A stretch of DNA of 64,000 bases from a virus: the IMG/VR virus record IMGVR_UViG_3300017917_000400, positions 1 to 64,000 of that record; one strand, given 5' to 3'. Position 1 is the first letter of the stretch. Every line of letters begins with the position of its first letter. The translations under genes were made by a program, and so were the position numbers. A model generated the notes under the pieces. The model saw only the letters and a program-made list of their open reading frames with translations. It searched no databases and was not told where the DNA came from. This document shows, one piece after another, positions 1-10,004 of this stretch.

Positions 1-763
1 TTTCATTATCACCTTGGTTAGTACGAATGTTTACTGGTGCTGAATAGCCTGGACCTTCACCAGTTGGACCACCACCGTCACCTTCTGTCCAAGCCTTTAC
101 ACTTAGACCACTGTTGTCTTGACGAACTGTAGAATTTGTACCATTGTTTTGTTCAGCACCGTAGTCCCATTCTAAGCCGCGGTTAACTCCGTTGCCCGCA
201 CCATCGCCTTGGAATACAGCGTTACCACTACTGTCTATGGTTAAAGAGTTATCACCGTTGACGATCGCATCTACACTAATACCTACTAAACCAGGTTCTA
301 TTTCTGTAATAGTACCGTTGATTAAAATTTCTGTGACATTTTCGACGCTAGGTCCTTGACCGTCACCGACTGCGATAGATCCACCTCGTATTTCGCTGGT
401 AGCATCTGAATCTTCTGGATCTTCTTCTTCGTTTTCTTCGCCCGGATTAATAACTTTTGTGGCAGTAAACTTACCATTTACGTTTGTAAGTTTAATATTA
501 TCGAGATAGATACTGCCGCCTGCGGTATAAACGTGACGCCATTGATTTGTTGGACTTCCTAGATCGTAGGTGTTATCTGCGCTAGGAACAATATTTGTGC
601 TAGGATCATAAATGCTTGGTAGCAAAGTCCATACTGTAGTGCCATCACCAATTTTCAATACACCGTTAGTTGTATCGTAACCAGGTTCTCCTTCTGCTAA
701 TACAGGATCTTCTAACTCCCAATTAGCCGCTGTATCTCTTCTTAATTTAATTTGGGTTGCCAT
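1..763 (-). CDS. Tail fibre/virion protein with Mtd-N-like N-terminal domain (3' end runs off the window)
   Basis: Not in the ORF track. ATG at 763 reads MATQIKLRRDTAANW...PVLAEGEPGYDTTNGVLKIGDGTT, the major-tropism-determinant N-terminal motif, followed by NIVPSADNTYDLGS. The frame stays open to the window edge. Confidence 0.75.
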   Translation of the reverse strand, partial: MATQIKLRRDTAANWELEDPVLAEGEPGYDTTNGVLKIGDGTTVWTLLPSIYDPSTNIVPSADNTYDLGSPTNQWRHVYTAGGSIYLDNIKLTNVNGKFTATKVINPGEENEEEDPEDSDATSEIRGGSIAVGDGQGPSVENVTEILINGTITEIEPGLVGISVDAIVNGDNSLTIDSSGNAVFQGDGAGNGVNRGLEWDYGAEQNNGTNSTVRQDNSGLSVKAWTEGDGGGPTGEGPGYSAPVNIRTNQGDNE

Positions 764-775
764 TTAATCTATTCC

Positions 776-1054
776 TTAAAATTCTGTACTAGCGTTGCCG
801 CCGTCAATACTGACCACGGCTAAATTCATTTTATTTTGATCGTCAATATAATTAACAGTAATACCACTATGTGTACCAGATGTAAACATACTAGCCGCAT
901 AATCTTGAGCTATTTCTGTTAATTCTGAAACGGTGCTACCTGTTAGTGCATAAAGTTCATTAAAATTACTGTTCACTTTAGCAAACGCATCGCGTACGGT
1001 ATCCCCGTCCTTGGCGTTCAGTGCTGTACCGATGTTAATTGTTTGTTTTGCCAT
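776..1054 (-). CDS. Small virion protein with T4 gp9/gp10-like N-terminal anchor motif
   Basis: MAKQTINIGT...DGDTVRDAFAKVNSNFNELY matches the gp9/gp10-type N-terminal motif; ends in IDGGNASTEF. Confidence 0.65.
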   Translation of the reverse strand: MAKQTINIGTALNAKDGDTVRDAFAKVNSNFNELYALTGSTVSELTEIAQDYAASMFTSGTHSGITVNYIDDQNKMNLAVVSIDGGNASTEF

Positions 1055-1083
1055 GTTTTTTGTCCCGGAAAGCTCGTTATCAG

Positions 1084-1104
1084 TATTTATCGTAGCGATA
1101 AATA
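1084..1104. promoter_or_regulatory. Back-to-back late promoters (GATAAATA on both strands) forming an inverted repeat
   Basis: TATTTATCG-TAG-CGATAAATA lies between divergent genes and resembles the T4 late promoter TATAAATA; gp55 is encoded in the window. Confidence 0.7.
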
Positions 1105-1111
1105 TATTACT

Positions 1112-2719
1112 ATGCCAAGATTAAGCCTTTACCGTCCTGAAAAGGGCGCAGATTACAAGTTTTTTGACCGTACAGTCTACGAGATGTTTCAAGTAGGCGG
1201 TGTTGACGTCTATGTACACAAATACATGGGCACAGACGACGGAACTACAGTCAAAGATCATACACAAATTCAGGATCTGCTGTTCCTAGAAAACAGAGAT
1301 CGCAAATACAGTCAGGACATTTACACTATTCGCGGGCATTATCAGACTCAAGATATTGATTTTAATTTAAGCCAATTTGGTTTATTTCTAAGCAACGACA
1401 CAATTTTTATGACTATACATATTAATAACAGTGTAGATTTACTGGGTCGTAAAATTATGCCCGGCGATGTTATAGAATTGCCTAACTTAAAAGACGAATA
1501 TGCAGCCAACGACTATGCTACAGCACTAAAAAGATTCTACGTTGTAGAAGATGTAAATCGTGCCGCAGAAGGATTTTCAGCAACTTGGTATCCACATTTA
1601 TATCGTGTAAAATTAAAGAGCATTGTTGATAGTCAAGAATACAAGGACATATTAGATCGTCCTACAGAAATTGACAACTATGCTGGAGATTATGATCCCA
1701 CAGTAACTTATTATCCCGGTCAAATTGTAAAATACCAAGGCGTACTCTACGAAGTTACACAAGAAATCACAGGCAACGAACCTGGTGTAACAGAAACTAG
1801 TATAGAACCAACAGTCACAGACGACTGGCAAAGTTATTATGCCGTTAGTACCACAGATACTCTTAGAGATCTAATGAGTACCTACGAAAAAGAAAAATCT
1901 ATAAACGACGCAGTAGTAGCAGAAGCAGAAGCAGATGCTAAGAAAAGTGGTTATGAAACTAGTCATTTTTACACAGTTAAAGTTGATGAAACTGGATCAG
2001 GAACTGTCGATCTTACCTTAGTAACCTATGATCAAGATACATCTGTAGATACATCTGTAGATTCTAGTCCATTGCCATTGCGAGATGGGTATTCGGGATA
2101 TTTGTTAGGTGACGGTATAGCACCTAACGGACCAATAGTAGATGTTGATGACATCACTATTCCAGAAGGGCAAGTTGATGCTCAATTTGGTTTTGGTATT
2201 CAATTTCCCAGTACTGCGTATTCTGGAGATATGTTCCTAAGAACAGATTTTTTACCCAATCGTATGTTTAGATTTGACGGACGCCGCTGGGTCAAACAAG
2301 AAGATAATGTACGCATGACTATGACCAACACAGACGATCGTCAAACACAGAAAACTGGATTTATCAATAACACACAAAAATCAGGAATTCGTCAACTGGC
2401 TGCCGACATCATCTACGTTGATCTATTAGGTGATCCAATTTGGGAAAGCGGCAGTATTACGCAAAATCTAGAATTAACAGCGACATCTGCTGTAGTTACT
2501 ACAAATGTTCCTTATAATAAAGATTATCTAGTTGAAGTTTGGCTTGACGAACAAAGCAAAGCCACAAAAATTACAATGTCAAATTTCAGCGGCGCCATAC
2601 AATTTACAATAGGACATCCTATTGCAGATAACAGTGTAATTAGATACACTATCTATGACAAAGTAGTAGCACAAAGACAGAGTCTAAGCAAGGCTCTTAG
2701 ACCACAGGCGGACAACTAA
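1112..2719 (+). CDS. gp14: Neck/head-completion protein (T4 gp14-like) with C-terminal extension
   Basis: Likely start at ATG 1112 (MPRLSLYRPEKG); LSQFGLF...IFMT and PGDVIELP motifs; sits directly upstream of gp15-like. Confidence 0.6.
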   Translation: MPRLSLYRPEKGADYKFFDRTVYEMFQVGGVDVYVHKYMGTDDGTTVKDHTQIQDLLFLENRDRKYSQDIYTIRGHYQTQDIDFNLSQFGLFLSNDTIFMTIHINNSVDLLGRKIMPGDVIELPNLKDEYAANDYATALKRFYVVEDVNRAAEGFSATWYPHLYRVKLKSIVDSQEYKDILDRPTEIDNYAGDYDPTVTYYPGQIVKYQGVLYEVTQEITGNEPGVTETSIEPTVTDDWQSYYAVSTTDTLRDLMSTYEKEKSINDAVVAEAEADAKKSGYETSHFYTVKVDETGSGTVDLTLVTYDQDTSVDTSVDSSPLPLRDGYSGYLLGDGIAPNGPIVDVDDITIPEGQVDAQFGFGIQFPSTAYSGDMFLRTDFLPNRMFRFDGRRWVKQEDNVRMTMTNTDDRQTQKTGFINNTQKSGIRQLAADIIYVDLLGDPIWESGSITQNLELTATSAVVTTNVPYNKDYLVEVWLDEQSKATKITMSNFSGAIQFTIGHPIADNSVIRYTIYDKVVAQRQSLSKALRPQADN

Positions 2720-4149
2720 TGCAATATTTCTATGACGGTCAAATAAGACGATACATTGGTCAAGTAATTCGTATGTTAAGCGGATTTAAATATCAAGCCG
2801 CCGACGGGACTCAGCGCACAGTTCCTGTAATGTACGGTGACATGACTCGACAAGTTGGTAGTATTATCAAAGACAATTCTGAAAATAAAATTCCATCTGC
2901 ACCTAGAATAGCCGTGTATGTTACAGGCTTGGCTATGGATAAAACTCGATTAGGGGATGCTACTTTTGTTAGCAAAGTTCATATTCGTGAGCGAGAGTTT
3001 AACGAAAATACTGGAGAATACACTACCAAGCAAGGTAACAATTATACAGTTGAACGATTAATGCCAACGCCGTATAAATTAACATTAAAAGCAGATATAT
3101 GGACTACTAATACTGACATGAAATTACAGATCATGGAACAGATATTGATGTTGTTTAATCCAAGTTTAGAAATACAAACCACAGATAATTTTATCGACTG
3201 GACTAGTTTAAGTGTTGTTGACCTAACTGATATAACTTTTAGCAGTCGTAGTATTCCTGTGGGCAACGAAACTGAAATTGATATTGGTACATTAACATTT
3301 GAAACTCCTATATGGATTAGTCCGCCAACAAAGGTTAAAAAATTAGGAGTAGTTACTGATGTGTTAATGAATATTTTTGACGCAACAGGTAATGTTACTC
3401 CAGAGTTTGCCAACGGTAAACCTACTGCTACTGAATATAACAATGCTGGCGGATATGGATTATTAGTTTATAATAATAAACTAAGTCTACTTAAAGGCAG
3501 AGAACCTATTGCAGTAGATGATGCCAGTGATACAGTGTTTACTAAAATAGGCGATGACATTAGTTGGAACTATATTTTTGAACAGTATCCTGGAAAATTT
3601 AGAACTGGTGTTAGTCAGGTATTTTTGATTCAAGACACTGGCAATCAAGTGGTTGGTACACTCAGCGAAGACCAAGACGACAGTACTATTTTGCATGTTA
3701 ACTGGGATCAGGACACGTTTCCAACTAACACGCTGATAGCCAACGATGCAAATACTGTGCTAAGAGGAACAGTAGATGCTATTGTTGATCCTACTAGATT
3801 TAATCCCAGACCAAGATTGCCAGGCGGCGGCCTAGATTGGCCAGATGTAAGCAACGGCCCAATTAGATATATTATACTAGAGAGCATCGGAGATGAAGTA
3901 AACAATGACGGCCCTGATGGTTGGAAAAATCTCAGCGGTACAGATTTTTATGCTAAAGCAAATAGTATCATCGAGTGGGCTGGAACTCATTGGGAGGTGG
4001 TATTAGATCCCGATGATCCAGAGTTGATAGATACACCGGTTTATATTACTAATTTAAGAACCGGGATACAATACAAGTTTTTTGAAGGATCTTGGACTAA
4101 ATCTTTTGAAGGCGAGTATCCTAAAGGCACTTGGCGCTTAATTTTCTAA
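2719..4149 (+). CDS. gp15: Tail terminator / sheath stabiliser (T4 gp15-like), C-terminally extended
   Basis: YFYDGQIRRY...VPVMYG...PRIA...PTPYKLTL...QIMEQILMLFNP are typical gp15 motifs. Confidence 0.75.
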   Translation: MQYFYDGQIRRYIGQVIRMLSGFKYQAADGTQRTVPVMYGDMTRQVGSIIKDNSENKIPSAPRIAVYVTGLAMDKTRLGDATFVSKVHIREREFNENTGEYTTKQGNNYTVERLMPTPYKLTLKADIWTTNTDMKLQIMEQILMLFNPSLEIQTTDNFIDWTSLSVVDLTDITFSSRSIPVGNETEIDIGTLTFETPIWISPPTKVKKLGVVTDVLMNIFDATGNVTPEFANGKPTATEYNNAGGYGLLVYNNKLSLLKGREPIAVDDASDTVFTKIGDDISWNYIFEQYPGKFRTGVSQVFLIQDTGNQVVGTLSEDQDDSTILHVNWDQDTFPTNTLIANDANTVLRGTVDAIVDPTRFNPRPRLPGGGLDWPDVSNGPIRYIILESIGDEVNNDGPDGWKNLSGTDFYAKANSIIEWAGTHWEVVLDPDDPELIDTPVYITNLRTGIQYKFFEGSWTKSFEGEYPKGTWRLIF

Positions 4150-4162
4150 AATAAGTAAGTGC

Positions 4163-4597
4163 ATGAAAGAACAGATTATCTGCTCTGGCGCACTTTTTTA
4201 TGCCAAATCAACCCGACGATTTTTATTGCTACAAAAAGCCAGTGGCAAGCATGCCAACACCTGGGGACTAGTAGGTGGTACAAACATCGAAGGAGAAACT
4301 GCGTGGCAGGGTCTTCAAAGAGAAATTGAAGAAGAAATTGGTTTTATTCCTCAGATTATTAAAACTATCCCCATTGAAAGTTTTGTCAGCAATGACAGTG
4401 TGTTTAACTTTCACACTTATCTTTGTGTAATTGAAGATGAGTTTATTCCAAAATTAAGCGATGAACACAATGGTTGGGCTTGGGCTAACGTTGATTCTGC
4501 ACCTAAACCCTTACACCAGGGTCTGCGCAGTAGTTTTAGTAACAAGATATTACGCACAAAATTGCAGACAGAATTTGATATTGTAGATTTAATATGA
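4163..4597 (+). CDS. NUDIX hydrolase
   Basis: Nudix box GGTNIEGETAWQGLQREIEEEIG; SDEH..WAW near the C-terminus. Confidence 0.9.
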   Translation: MKEQIICSGALFYAKSTRRFLLLQKASGKHANTWGLVGGTNIEGETAWQGLQREIEEEIGFIPQIIKTIPIESFVSNDSVFNFHTYLCVIEDEFIPKLSDEHNGWAWANVDSAPKPLHQGLRSSFSNKILRTKLQTEFDIVDLI

Positions 4598-5181
4598 CAC
4601 CCAATCTTATAGTAATAGACAATTTTTTTGAAGATCCGGATGCTGTAAGAAACTTTGCATTAAGTGTTCCCTATGATTTTGTAGCCAACTATCCGGGTAT
4701 GCGAACCAGGGGAGTACATGAAGTACAAAGTTTAGAATTAAAAACAAAATTTGAAAAAATTCTAAACATGCCTATTACTAGATGGGATATCTTTGATGGC
4801 GATAGTGAAAAACAAATGAATACCTGTTATCAATTGTGTTTAGAACAAGACACTACATGGGTGCATCACGATTTTACACAATGGGCGGCTATAATTTATC
4901 TAACTCCTAATGCTGATCCAGACAGCGGCACTGGTCTGTTTATGCATAAGGAAACCGGAGTTACTGAATGGGAAAAGAATGATCCAAAAACAGAATTTAA
5001 CAGAACTGCCGACATGTATGATTTAGATAAATGGCAGTTGACCGCCGAAGTAAAAAACAAATATAATCGTATGATACTTTACAAAGCCAATCAATATCAC
5101 AGAAGTATGAAACCCGGCTTTGGCAATAATTATATCACAGGAAGATTAACGCAGGTGTTTTTCTTTAATACGCATGAATAA
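4594..5181 (+). CDS. 2OG-Fe(II) oxygenase-like protein (DUF6445-like)
   Basis: IVIDNFFEDPD, YPGMRT, WVHHD, IYLTP, GTGLF, YNRMILY...YHRS, RLTQVFFF; HxD...H...R arrangement. Confidence 0.75.
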   Translation: MTPNLIVIDNFFEDPDAVRNFALSVPYDFVANYPGMRTRGVHEVQSLELKTKFEKILNMPITRWDIFDGDSEKQMNTCYQLCLEQDTTWVHHDFTQWAAIIYLTPNADPDSGTGLFMHKETGVTEWEKNDPKTEFNRTADMYDLDKWQLTAEVKNKYNRMILYKANQYHRSMKPGFGNNYITGRLTQVFFFNTHE

Positions 5182-5758
5182 AGATATCATTGTTATTAAT
5201 AATTTCTACGACGATCCCTGGGCTATTAGAGAACAGGCATTAGAGATGGCTCCGTTTCCTATTGTCAACGAGTTGCCTGGACAAAGGACTTTTGGTATAC
5301 CAGAAGAACAAAGCCTAGAATTAAAACAACAATTTGAAAAAATCTTAGGTGTTAATATAACCGAGTGGAGTTTATTTAAAAAAAGAAATGAAAAAAACAA
5401 CACTGCGTTTCAATTGATCACTGAACAAAATACTAGTTGGATTCATCACGATGATACCGACTGGGCCGGCGTCTTATATCTTACACCAGAGCCTGATATA
5501 ACCAGCGGTACTGGATTCTTTACGCATAAGCAGAGCGGTATATTTGAATGGGATCCAAGTAATCCTACTACTGACTTTAATTTACACGAAGATAGATTTG
5601 ATTTTTCTAAGTGGGATTGTAATTTAGAAGTAAAAAATCAGTTTAACAGATTAGTGCTGTACAATAGCAGATTGTATCACAGTAGCATGAAACCGGGATT
5701 TGGTGTAAATTACATGAACGGTCGTTTAACTCAGGTATTTTTCTTTTTTACATCATGA
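5174..5758 (+). CDS. 2OG-Fe(II) oxygenase-like protein (DUF6445-like), tandem paralogue
   Basis: Same motifs as the upstream gene: WIHHD, YLTP, FNRLVLY...YHSSMKPGFG, RLTQVFFF. Confidence 0.75.
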   Translation: MNKDIIVINNFYDDPWAIREQALEMAPFPIVNELPGQRTFGIPEEQSLELKQQFEKILGVNITEWSLFKKRNEKNNTAFQLITEQNTSWIHHDDTDWAGVLYLTPEPDITSGTGFFTHKQSGIFEWDPSNPTTDFNLHEDRFDFSKWDCNLEVKNQFNRLVLYNSRLYHSSMKPGFGVNYMNGRLTQVFFFFTS

Positions 5759-6447
5759 TAAAACATTTTAACAATCTAATTTCTAATTTTTATTTAGAAG
5801 ATATACAGGATACTGTATTCAGTGCCGACTATACATGGGTGCGACACAACGAAACTGCTGGCGGTTATAATGGAAATTATGCATGGATCGAAGATGAAAA
5901 TACCGAGGAATGTGATCTGTTTACTCACAAGCCATCAAGAAATCCCAATGATAGATCTATAAACTTTGAACCGCTAATTTACACAATTTCTGATTTAATG
6001 GGCTACAAAATAGAAGTTGACAGAATTAAAACTAATCTAATGTTACCACAATTAAAAAATAAAATCAATGGATACAACAGACCTCATATTGATTTTCCTG
6101 ACAAGGGTATGAAAACGTTATTATTATACTTGAATGATGCGGACGGAGATACTTTTATGTTTGATAAGATTTATACAGGAGAAGATCCTGGAAAATTATC
6201 AGTAATTGAGCGTGTTACTCCTAAAGCAAATTCTGCTATTCTGTTTGATAGCGACAGATATCATGCTAGTTCTATCCCAACACAGGGTAAAAGATCCGTT
6301 ATCAACGTAGTATTTTGGGACGGAAATGCAAAGAAAAACTATCAAGACGAACAAGAAAAAAACATCAACTTACCTTTTGAGCCGCTACCTAACGCATTTC
6401 TTGGCACTGGTCACATAAAAAGTTTTTTCAACAAAGAACAAAAATAA
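5755..6447 (+). CDS. 2OG-Fe(II) oxygenase
   Basis: PHID...LLYLNDADGDT...PKANSAILFD...YHASS...RSVIN. Confidence 0.8.
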   Translation: MIKHFNNLISNFYLEDIQDTVFSADYTWVRHNETAGGYNGNYAWIEDENTEECDLFTHKPSRNPNDRSINFEPLIYTISDLMGYKIEVDRIKTNLMLPQLKNKINGYNRPHIDFPDKGMKTLLLYLNDADGDTFMFDKIYTGEDPGKLSVIERVTPKANSAILFDSDRYHASSIPTQGKRSVINVVFWDGNAKKNYQDEQEKNINLPFEPLPNAFLGTGHIKSFFNKEQK

Positions 6448-6491
6448 CTTCAGATCTGTAGTTTTAAAGAATTTTTTAGCATAATTACAGT

Positions 6492-7151
6492 ATGATTCAA
6501 TATATTGAAAATTTTGCTTCTGGATTCCTTCAAAAAGATATTCAAAAAGAAATATTATCGTCACCCCATTGGTTATGGCAATATAGAACCGAAACATCTG
6601 GTCAATATGATGCTCCCGACTTTGCATGGATTGAAGACGAAAACACAAAAGATACCCCCCAACTTATTCATGTAGTTGATGACGGGTCAAAAGATATGCA
6701 AATTATAAGTCCATTGATTTATAAAATTGCAGAGACTGTGGGCTACGAATTACAGTTCCAAAGAATCAAAGCCAACTTATTATGGCCAGACGCTGAAAGA
6801 AAAAATCTAAATTCTTATCACAGACCACATGCAGATCATGGAAGAATCGATGCAAAATCTTTAATTTATTATGTTAATGACAGCGACGGCGACACAGTAA
6901 TTTTTAAAAATCGTTGGACTGGTGAAGACCCCGGAACGTTGGAAATTGCTCAGCGCATTACACCAAAGGCAGGGTCAGCAGTGTTATTTGACAGTACACT
7001 TTATCATGCTAGTTCTAGTCCAACCACAGGAGTGCGTTCTGTGTTAAATTTTATTTTTTGGCCTAAACAAATAGATCCGCTGGATCCGGATGGTCTTGCA
7101 CCGCCAATACCAATTAATATACCAATAGGAAAAGGATTTAATAGAATATGA
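6492..7151 (+). CDS. 2OG-Fe(II) oxygenase, tandem paralogue
   Basis: PHAD...IYYVNDSDGDT...PKAGSAVLFD...YHASS...RSVLN; shares AWIEDENT and TGEDPG with the upstream gene. Confidence 0.8.
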   Translation: MIQYIENFASGFLQKDIQKEILSSPHWLWQYRTETSGQYDAPDFAWIEDENTKDTPQLIHVVDDGSKDMQIISPLIYKIAETVGYELQFQRIKANLLWPDAERKNLNSYHRPHADHGRIDAKSLIYYVNDSDGDTVIFKNRWTGEDPGTLEIAQRITPKAGSAVLFDSTLYHASSSPTTGVRSVLNFIFWPKQIDPLDPDGLAPPIPINIPIGKGFNRI

Positions 7152-8602
7152 AAGTTAAAAGCGTAGGCATCGTTGGCGGTGGCACAGGTGGACTAGTCAC
7201 TGCCCTACTATTAAAGAATTTTTTTCCGTTTTTAAAAGTAGATTTAATAGAATCAAAAGCCATAGGAATCGTAGGCGTCGGTGAAGGATCAACAGAGCAT
7301 TGGGCAAAATTTATGCGCCAGTGTAACATTGATCTAGCAGAATTAGTCAGAGAAACAGATGCAACTTTTAAGTATGGCATTAATTTTGCTAACTGGAACG
7401 GCGACGGGCGTAGTTACATTCAGTCAGTTAATGCAGAAATGAATGCTAACGGACCAACTGGAATTAAATTTGTATATGCAAATCTAATTCAAAGAGGAGT
7501 TGATCCTTTGCATTTAACTAGACCCTATGTTATTAAAAGTGAATTAAGAGAACACAATTATAATATTAATCAGATGCATTTTAACACATTTAAATTAAAT
7601 GAATATTTGCATAAAAAGTGCGAACTTGCAGGCATTGGCTTGATCGAAGCAGAACTAAATGAAGTTCCATTAGATGAAAACGGGTTTATTAAATCTTTAA
7701 AAACTAAAGATGGTCGCACATTTGAATATGATTTTTATGTAGACAGTACCGGCTTTTCAAGATTTATTCTAAACAAGACCATGGGTATTCCATGGAAGAG
7801 CTATTCAAAATATTTGCCGATGAATAGTGCTATTGCATTTCCAACAGAACGTCTCGAAGAAATTCCAGCATGGACTCTTTCACGGGCTATGAAATCTGGA
7901 TGGCTATGGCGTATCCCCACTCAAGAAAGATTTGGCAACGGTTATGTATTCAACGATCAATTTTTAGACTTTGAAGGCGCAAAAAAAGAAGTTGAAGAAC
8001 TGTACGGACACCCTGTTGAAGTTGCAAAACAAATTAAATTTGATGCAGGATGTTTAGAAAAGTCTTGGCATAAAAATTGTTGTGCTATTGGACTTAGCAG
8101 TAGTTTTATAGAACCACTAGAAGCCAGCAGTATTGGTACTAGTATTCAGCAAGCAATTATCTTATGTGAAGTTTTGCCAGACTATGTTCCTGGATATACT
8201 ATGTCTGAACGTATTTTTAATCGACACAGCGATGAAATTTTAGAAAATATTCTGGACTTTGTTGCACTACATTATATCACAAAACGAAACGATACAGAAT
8301 TTTGGAAAAGTACTAAAGAAATACCTAGACCGCCCGGGCTAGAAGAAATGTTAGAAATTTACAAACACAAATTTCCAACCGATCACGACTTTGATAATAA
8401 GCGAGTACTATTCCAAGGTGCAAATTGGATTATTGTTATGCACGGTTTGGGCTTGTTAGATCCTAAAATTGCTGAACAAGAAATACAAAAATTGCCAGAT
8501 TTACTAAAAAATAATATCGATGCACACATGCCTCCTCATTTTACAGATGGCATGATTAGCCATAGACAGGCCATTAATAATCTGTTAAAATTAACAGGAT
8601 GA
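7148..8602 (+). CDS. Flavin-dependent halogenase (tryptophan halogenase family)
   Basis: GGGTGG FAD motif, GVGEGS, ATFKYGI with the catalytic-position Lys, WLWRIP (WxWxIP), FIEPLEASSIG. Confidence 0.88.
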   Translation: MKVKSVGIVGGGTGGLVTALLLKNFFPFLKVDLIESKAIGIVGVGEGSTEHWAKFMRQCNIDLAELVRETDATFKYGINFANWNGDGRSYIQSVNAEMNANGPTGIKFVYANLIQRGVDPLHLTRPYVIKSELREHNYNINQMHFNTFKLNEYLHKKCELAGIGLIEAELNEVPLDENGFIKSLKTKDGRTFEYDFYVDSTGFSRFILNKTMGIPWKSYSKYLPMNSAIAFPTERLEEIPAWTLSRAMKSGWLWRIPTQERFGNGYVFNDQFLDFEGAKKEVEELYGHPVEVAKQIKFDAGCLEKSWHKNCCAIGLSSSFIEPLEASSIGTSIQQAIILCEVLPDYVPGYTMSERIFNRHSDEILENILDFVALHYITKRNDTEFWKSTKEIPRPPGLEEMLEIYKHKFPTDHDFDNKRVLFQGANWIIVMHGLGLLDPKIAEQEIQKLPDLLKNNIDAHMPPHFTDGMISHRQAINNLLKLTG

Positions 8603-9303
8603 TATTTTTTAAAAAACCCACAGTCCAATTAGATTGTTTTATTACAAATAATTCTATTGCCGAATTATTTCCAATCTCACATTTAAACGAAAAACTGCCG
8701 GCATGGTGGAAGTCTATGCCTAAGACAGTGCCATCTCCAAACTTTCCTATAGAGATGAGTACTATTAAACGCTGTCCAGGATTTAAAGATCTTTTTAAAA
8801 ATGCACTGTGCGTGCCTGCATGGAGTGAATATCAACTATTTCAAGATCCTAATTTTGGGCTTAGTCACACGGCTCCTAATAGTTTGGCTTCCGGTAATCA
8901 ACATCAACCTGGACAGATGGAGGGAGCATTTCCAGGATATCAGCATTTTAAATTAATTGCACCCTGGGTTATTCAAGAAAAAACTGGTGTACAATTTATA
9001 ATGACACAGGCCAGTTGGCACGATTCAAACCCTTGCGGATTTCATATTCCTGTTGGTTCATTAGAATTTAAATACCAACACTCGGTTCACATCAATCTTA
9101 TTGCGCCAAAAACTGAAGAATTAAAACAATTTAATATACCCGCAGGTCAACCTTTGGTATATCTAATTCCGTTAACTGATAAAAAAATTAAGATAAACAT
9201 ACAAGTTGTAAGTGATGCAGAGTTTAATAAATTTAGAACATATCATCATAGTTTTTACAATAGTTACGAACTAACTAAAAAGATATTAAAGGAAAAAGAA
9301 TGA
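8599..9303 (+). CDS. Hypothetical protein in the enzyme cassette
   Basis: 234-aa ORF with ATGA-type overlaps to both neighbours; TIKRCPG and IPAGQPLVYLIP motifs; function not recognised. Confidence 0.6.
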   Translation: MIFFKKPTVQLDCFITNNSIAELFPISHLNEKLPAWWKSMPKTVPSPNFPIEMSTIKRCPGFKDLFKNALCVPAWSEYQLFQDPNFGLSHTAPNSLASGNQHQPGQMEGAFPGYQHFKLIAPWVIQEKTGVQFIMTQASWHDSNPCGFHIPVGSLEFKYQHSVHINLIAPKTEELKQFNIPAGQPLVYLIPLTDKKIKINIQVVSDAEFNKFRTYHHSFYNSYELTKKILKEKE

Positions 9304-10004
9304 GTCATCAAGAAGATTATAAAGCCAAAAAAACAGAAGATGAAAATTACGAAGTTCATCCAATATTTCCTATTCCTGTGTATACACGAGAGAATTTTAT
9401 AAAAGATGGCGAGTTTCCAATATTAGATGAAATTGTCAATACTCCCAGAGGACCAACATTTGATTCTAATAGTCTGTATGGTGACCGTAGTGAAAATACT
9501 TACATTTTAAATCAACCCGGTATGTGGGGATTAAAACACAAATTAAACAAATATGTTAATGAATATGCTAATTGTGTATTAGGTCTAGCCGGCGAATACA
9601 CAATTAGCCAAAGTTGGTTGTCTGTTAAAACACCGGGTCAAAAACATATAATGCATACACATGGAAATTCTATTATATCTGGAACATTTTATTTTAATAA
9701 CAAGGATGACGCAGAAGGATTAACATTTATGAAAACAGAGGTATCTAATACCTATCAAATGGTTCCTTTAAAAAATCCTAATGTAAATAATCAGTTTTCG
9801 TTTAATGAAGTAACATTAAAAGTTGAAAATTATATGTTGTGTTTATTTCCTAGTTATCTTGCTCATAAAGTTCAAGGAAATAATACTAAAAACGATAGAT
9901 ATTGTCTGGCCTTTAATGCTGTGCCCAAATATGCGCTAGGAGTAGACACTGAACTAACCGAGTTAGAATTTAAAAGAATTGACAGAGATGCCGATGAGAT
10001 TTGA
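9300..10004 (+). CDS. Putative 2OG-Fe(II) oxygenase (TIGR02466-like)
   Basis: IFPIPVY, SW, HTHGNSIISGTFY, LFPSYLAHKV, RYCLAFN. Confidence 0.8.
   Translation: MSHQEDYKAKKTEDENYEVHPIFPIPVYTRENFIKDGEFPILDEIVNTPRGPTFDSNSLYGDRSENTYILNQPGMWGLKHKLNKYVNEYANCVLGLAGEYTISQSWLSVKTPGQKHIMHTHGNSIISGTFYFNNKDDAEGLTFMKTEVSNTYQMVPLKNPNVNNQFSFNEVTLKVENYMLCLFPSYLAHKVQGNNTKNDRYCLAFNAVPKYALGVDTELTELEFKRIDRDADEI

Noticed and set aside
2036-2062. 12-bp tandem repeat GATACATCTGTA x2
   Set aside because: In-frame DTSV duplication in a low-complexity linker; nothing suggests a function.
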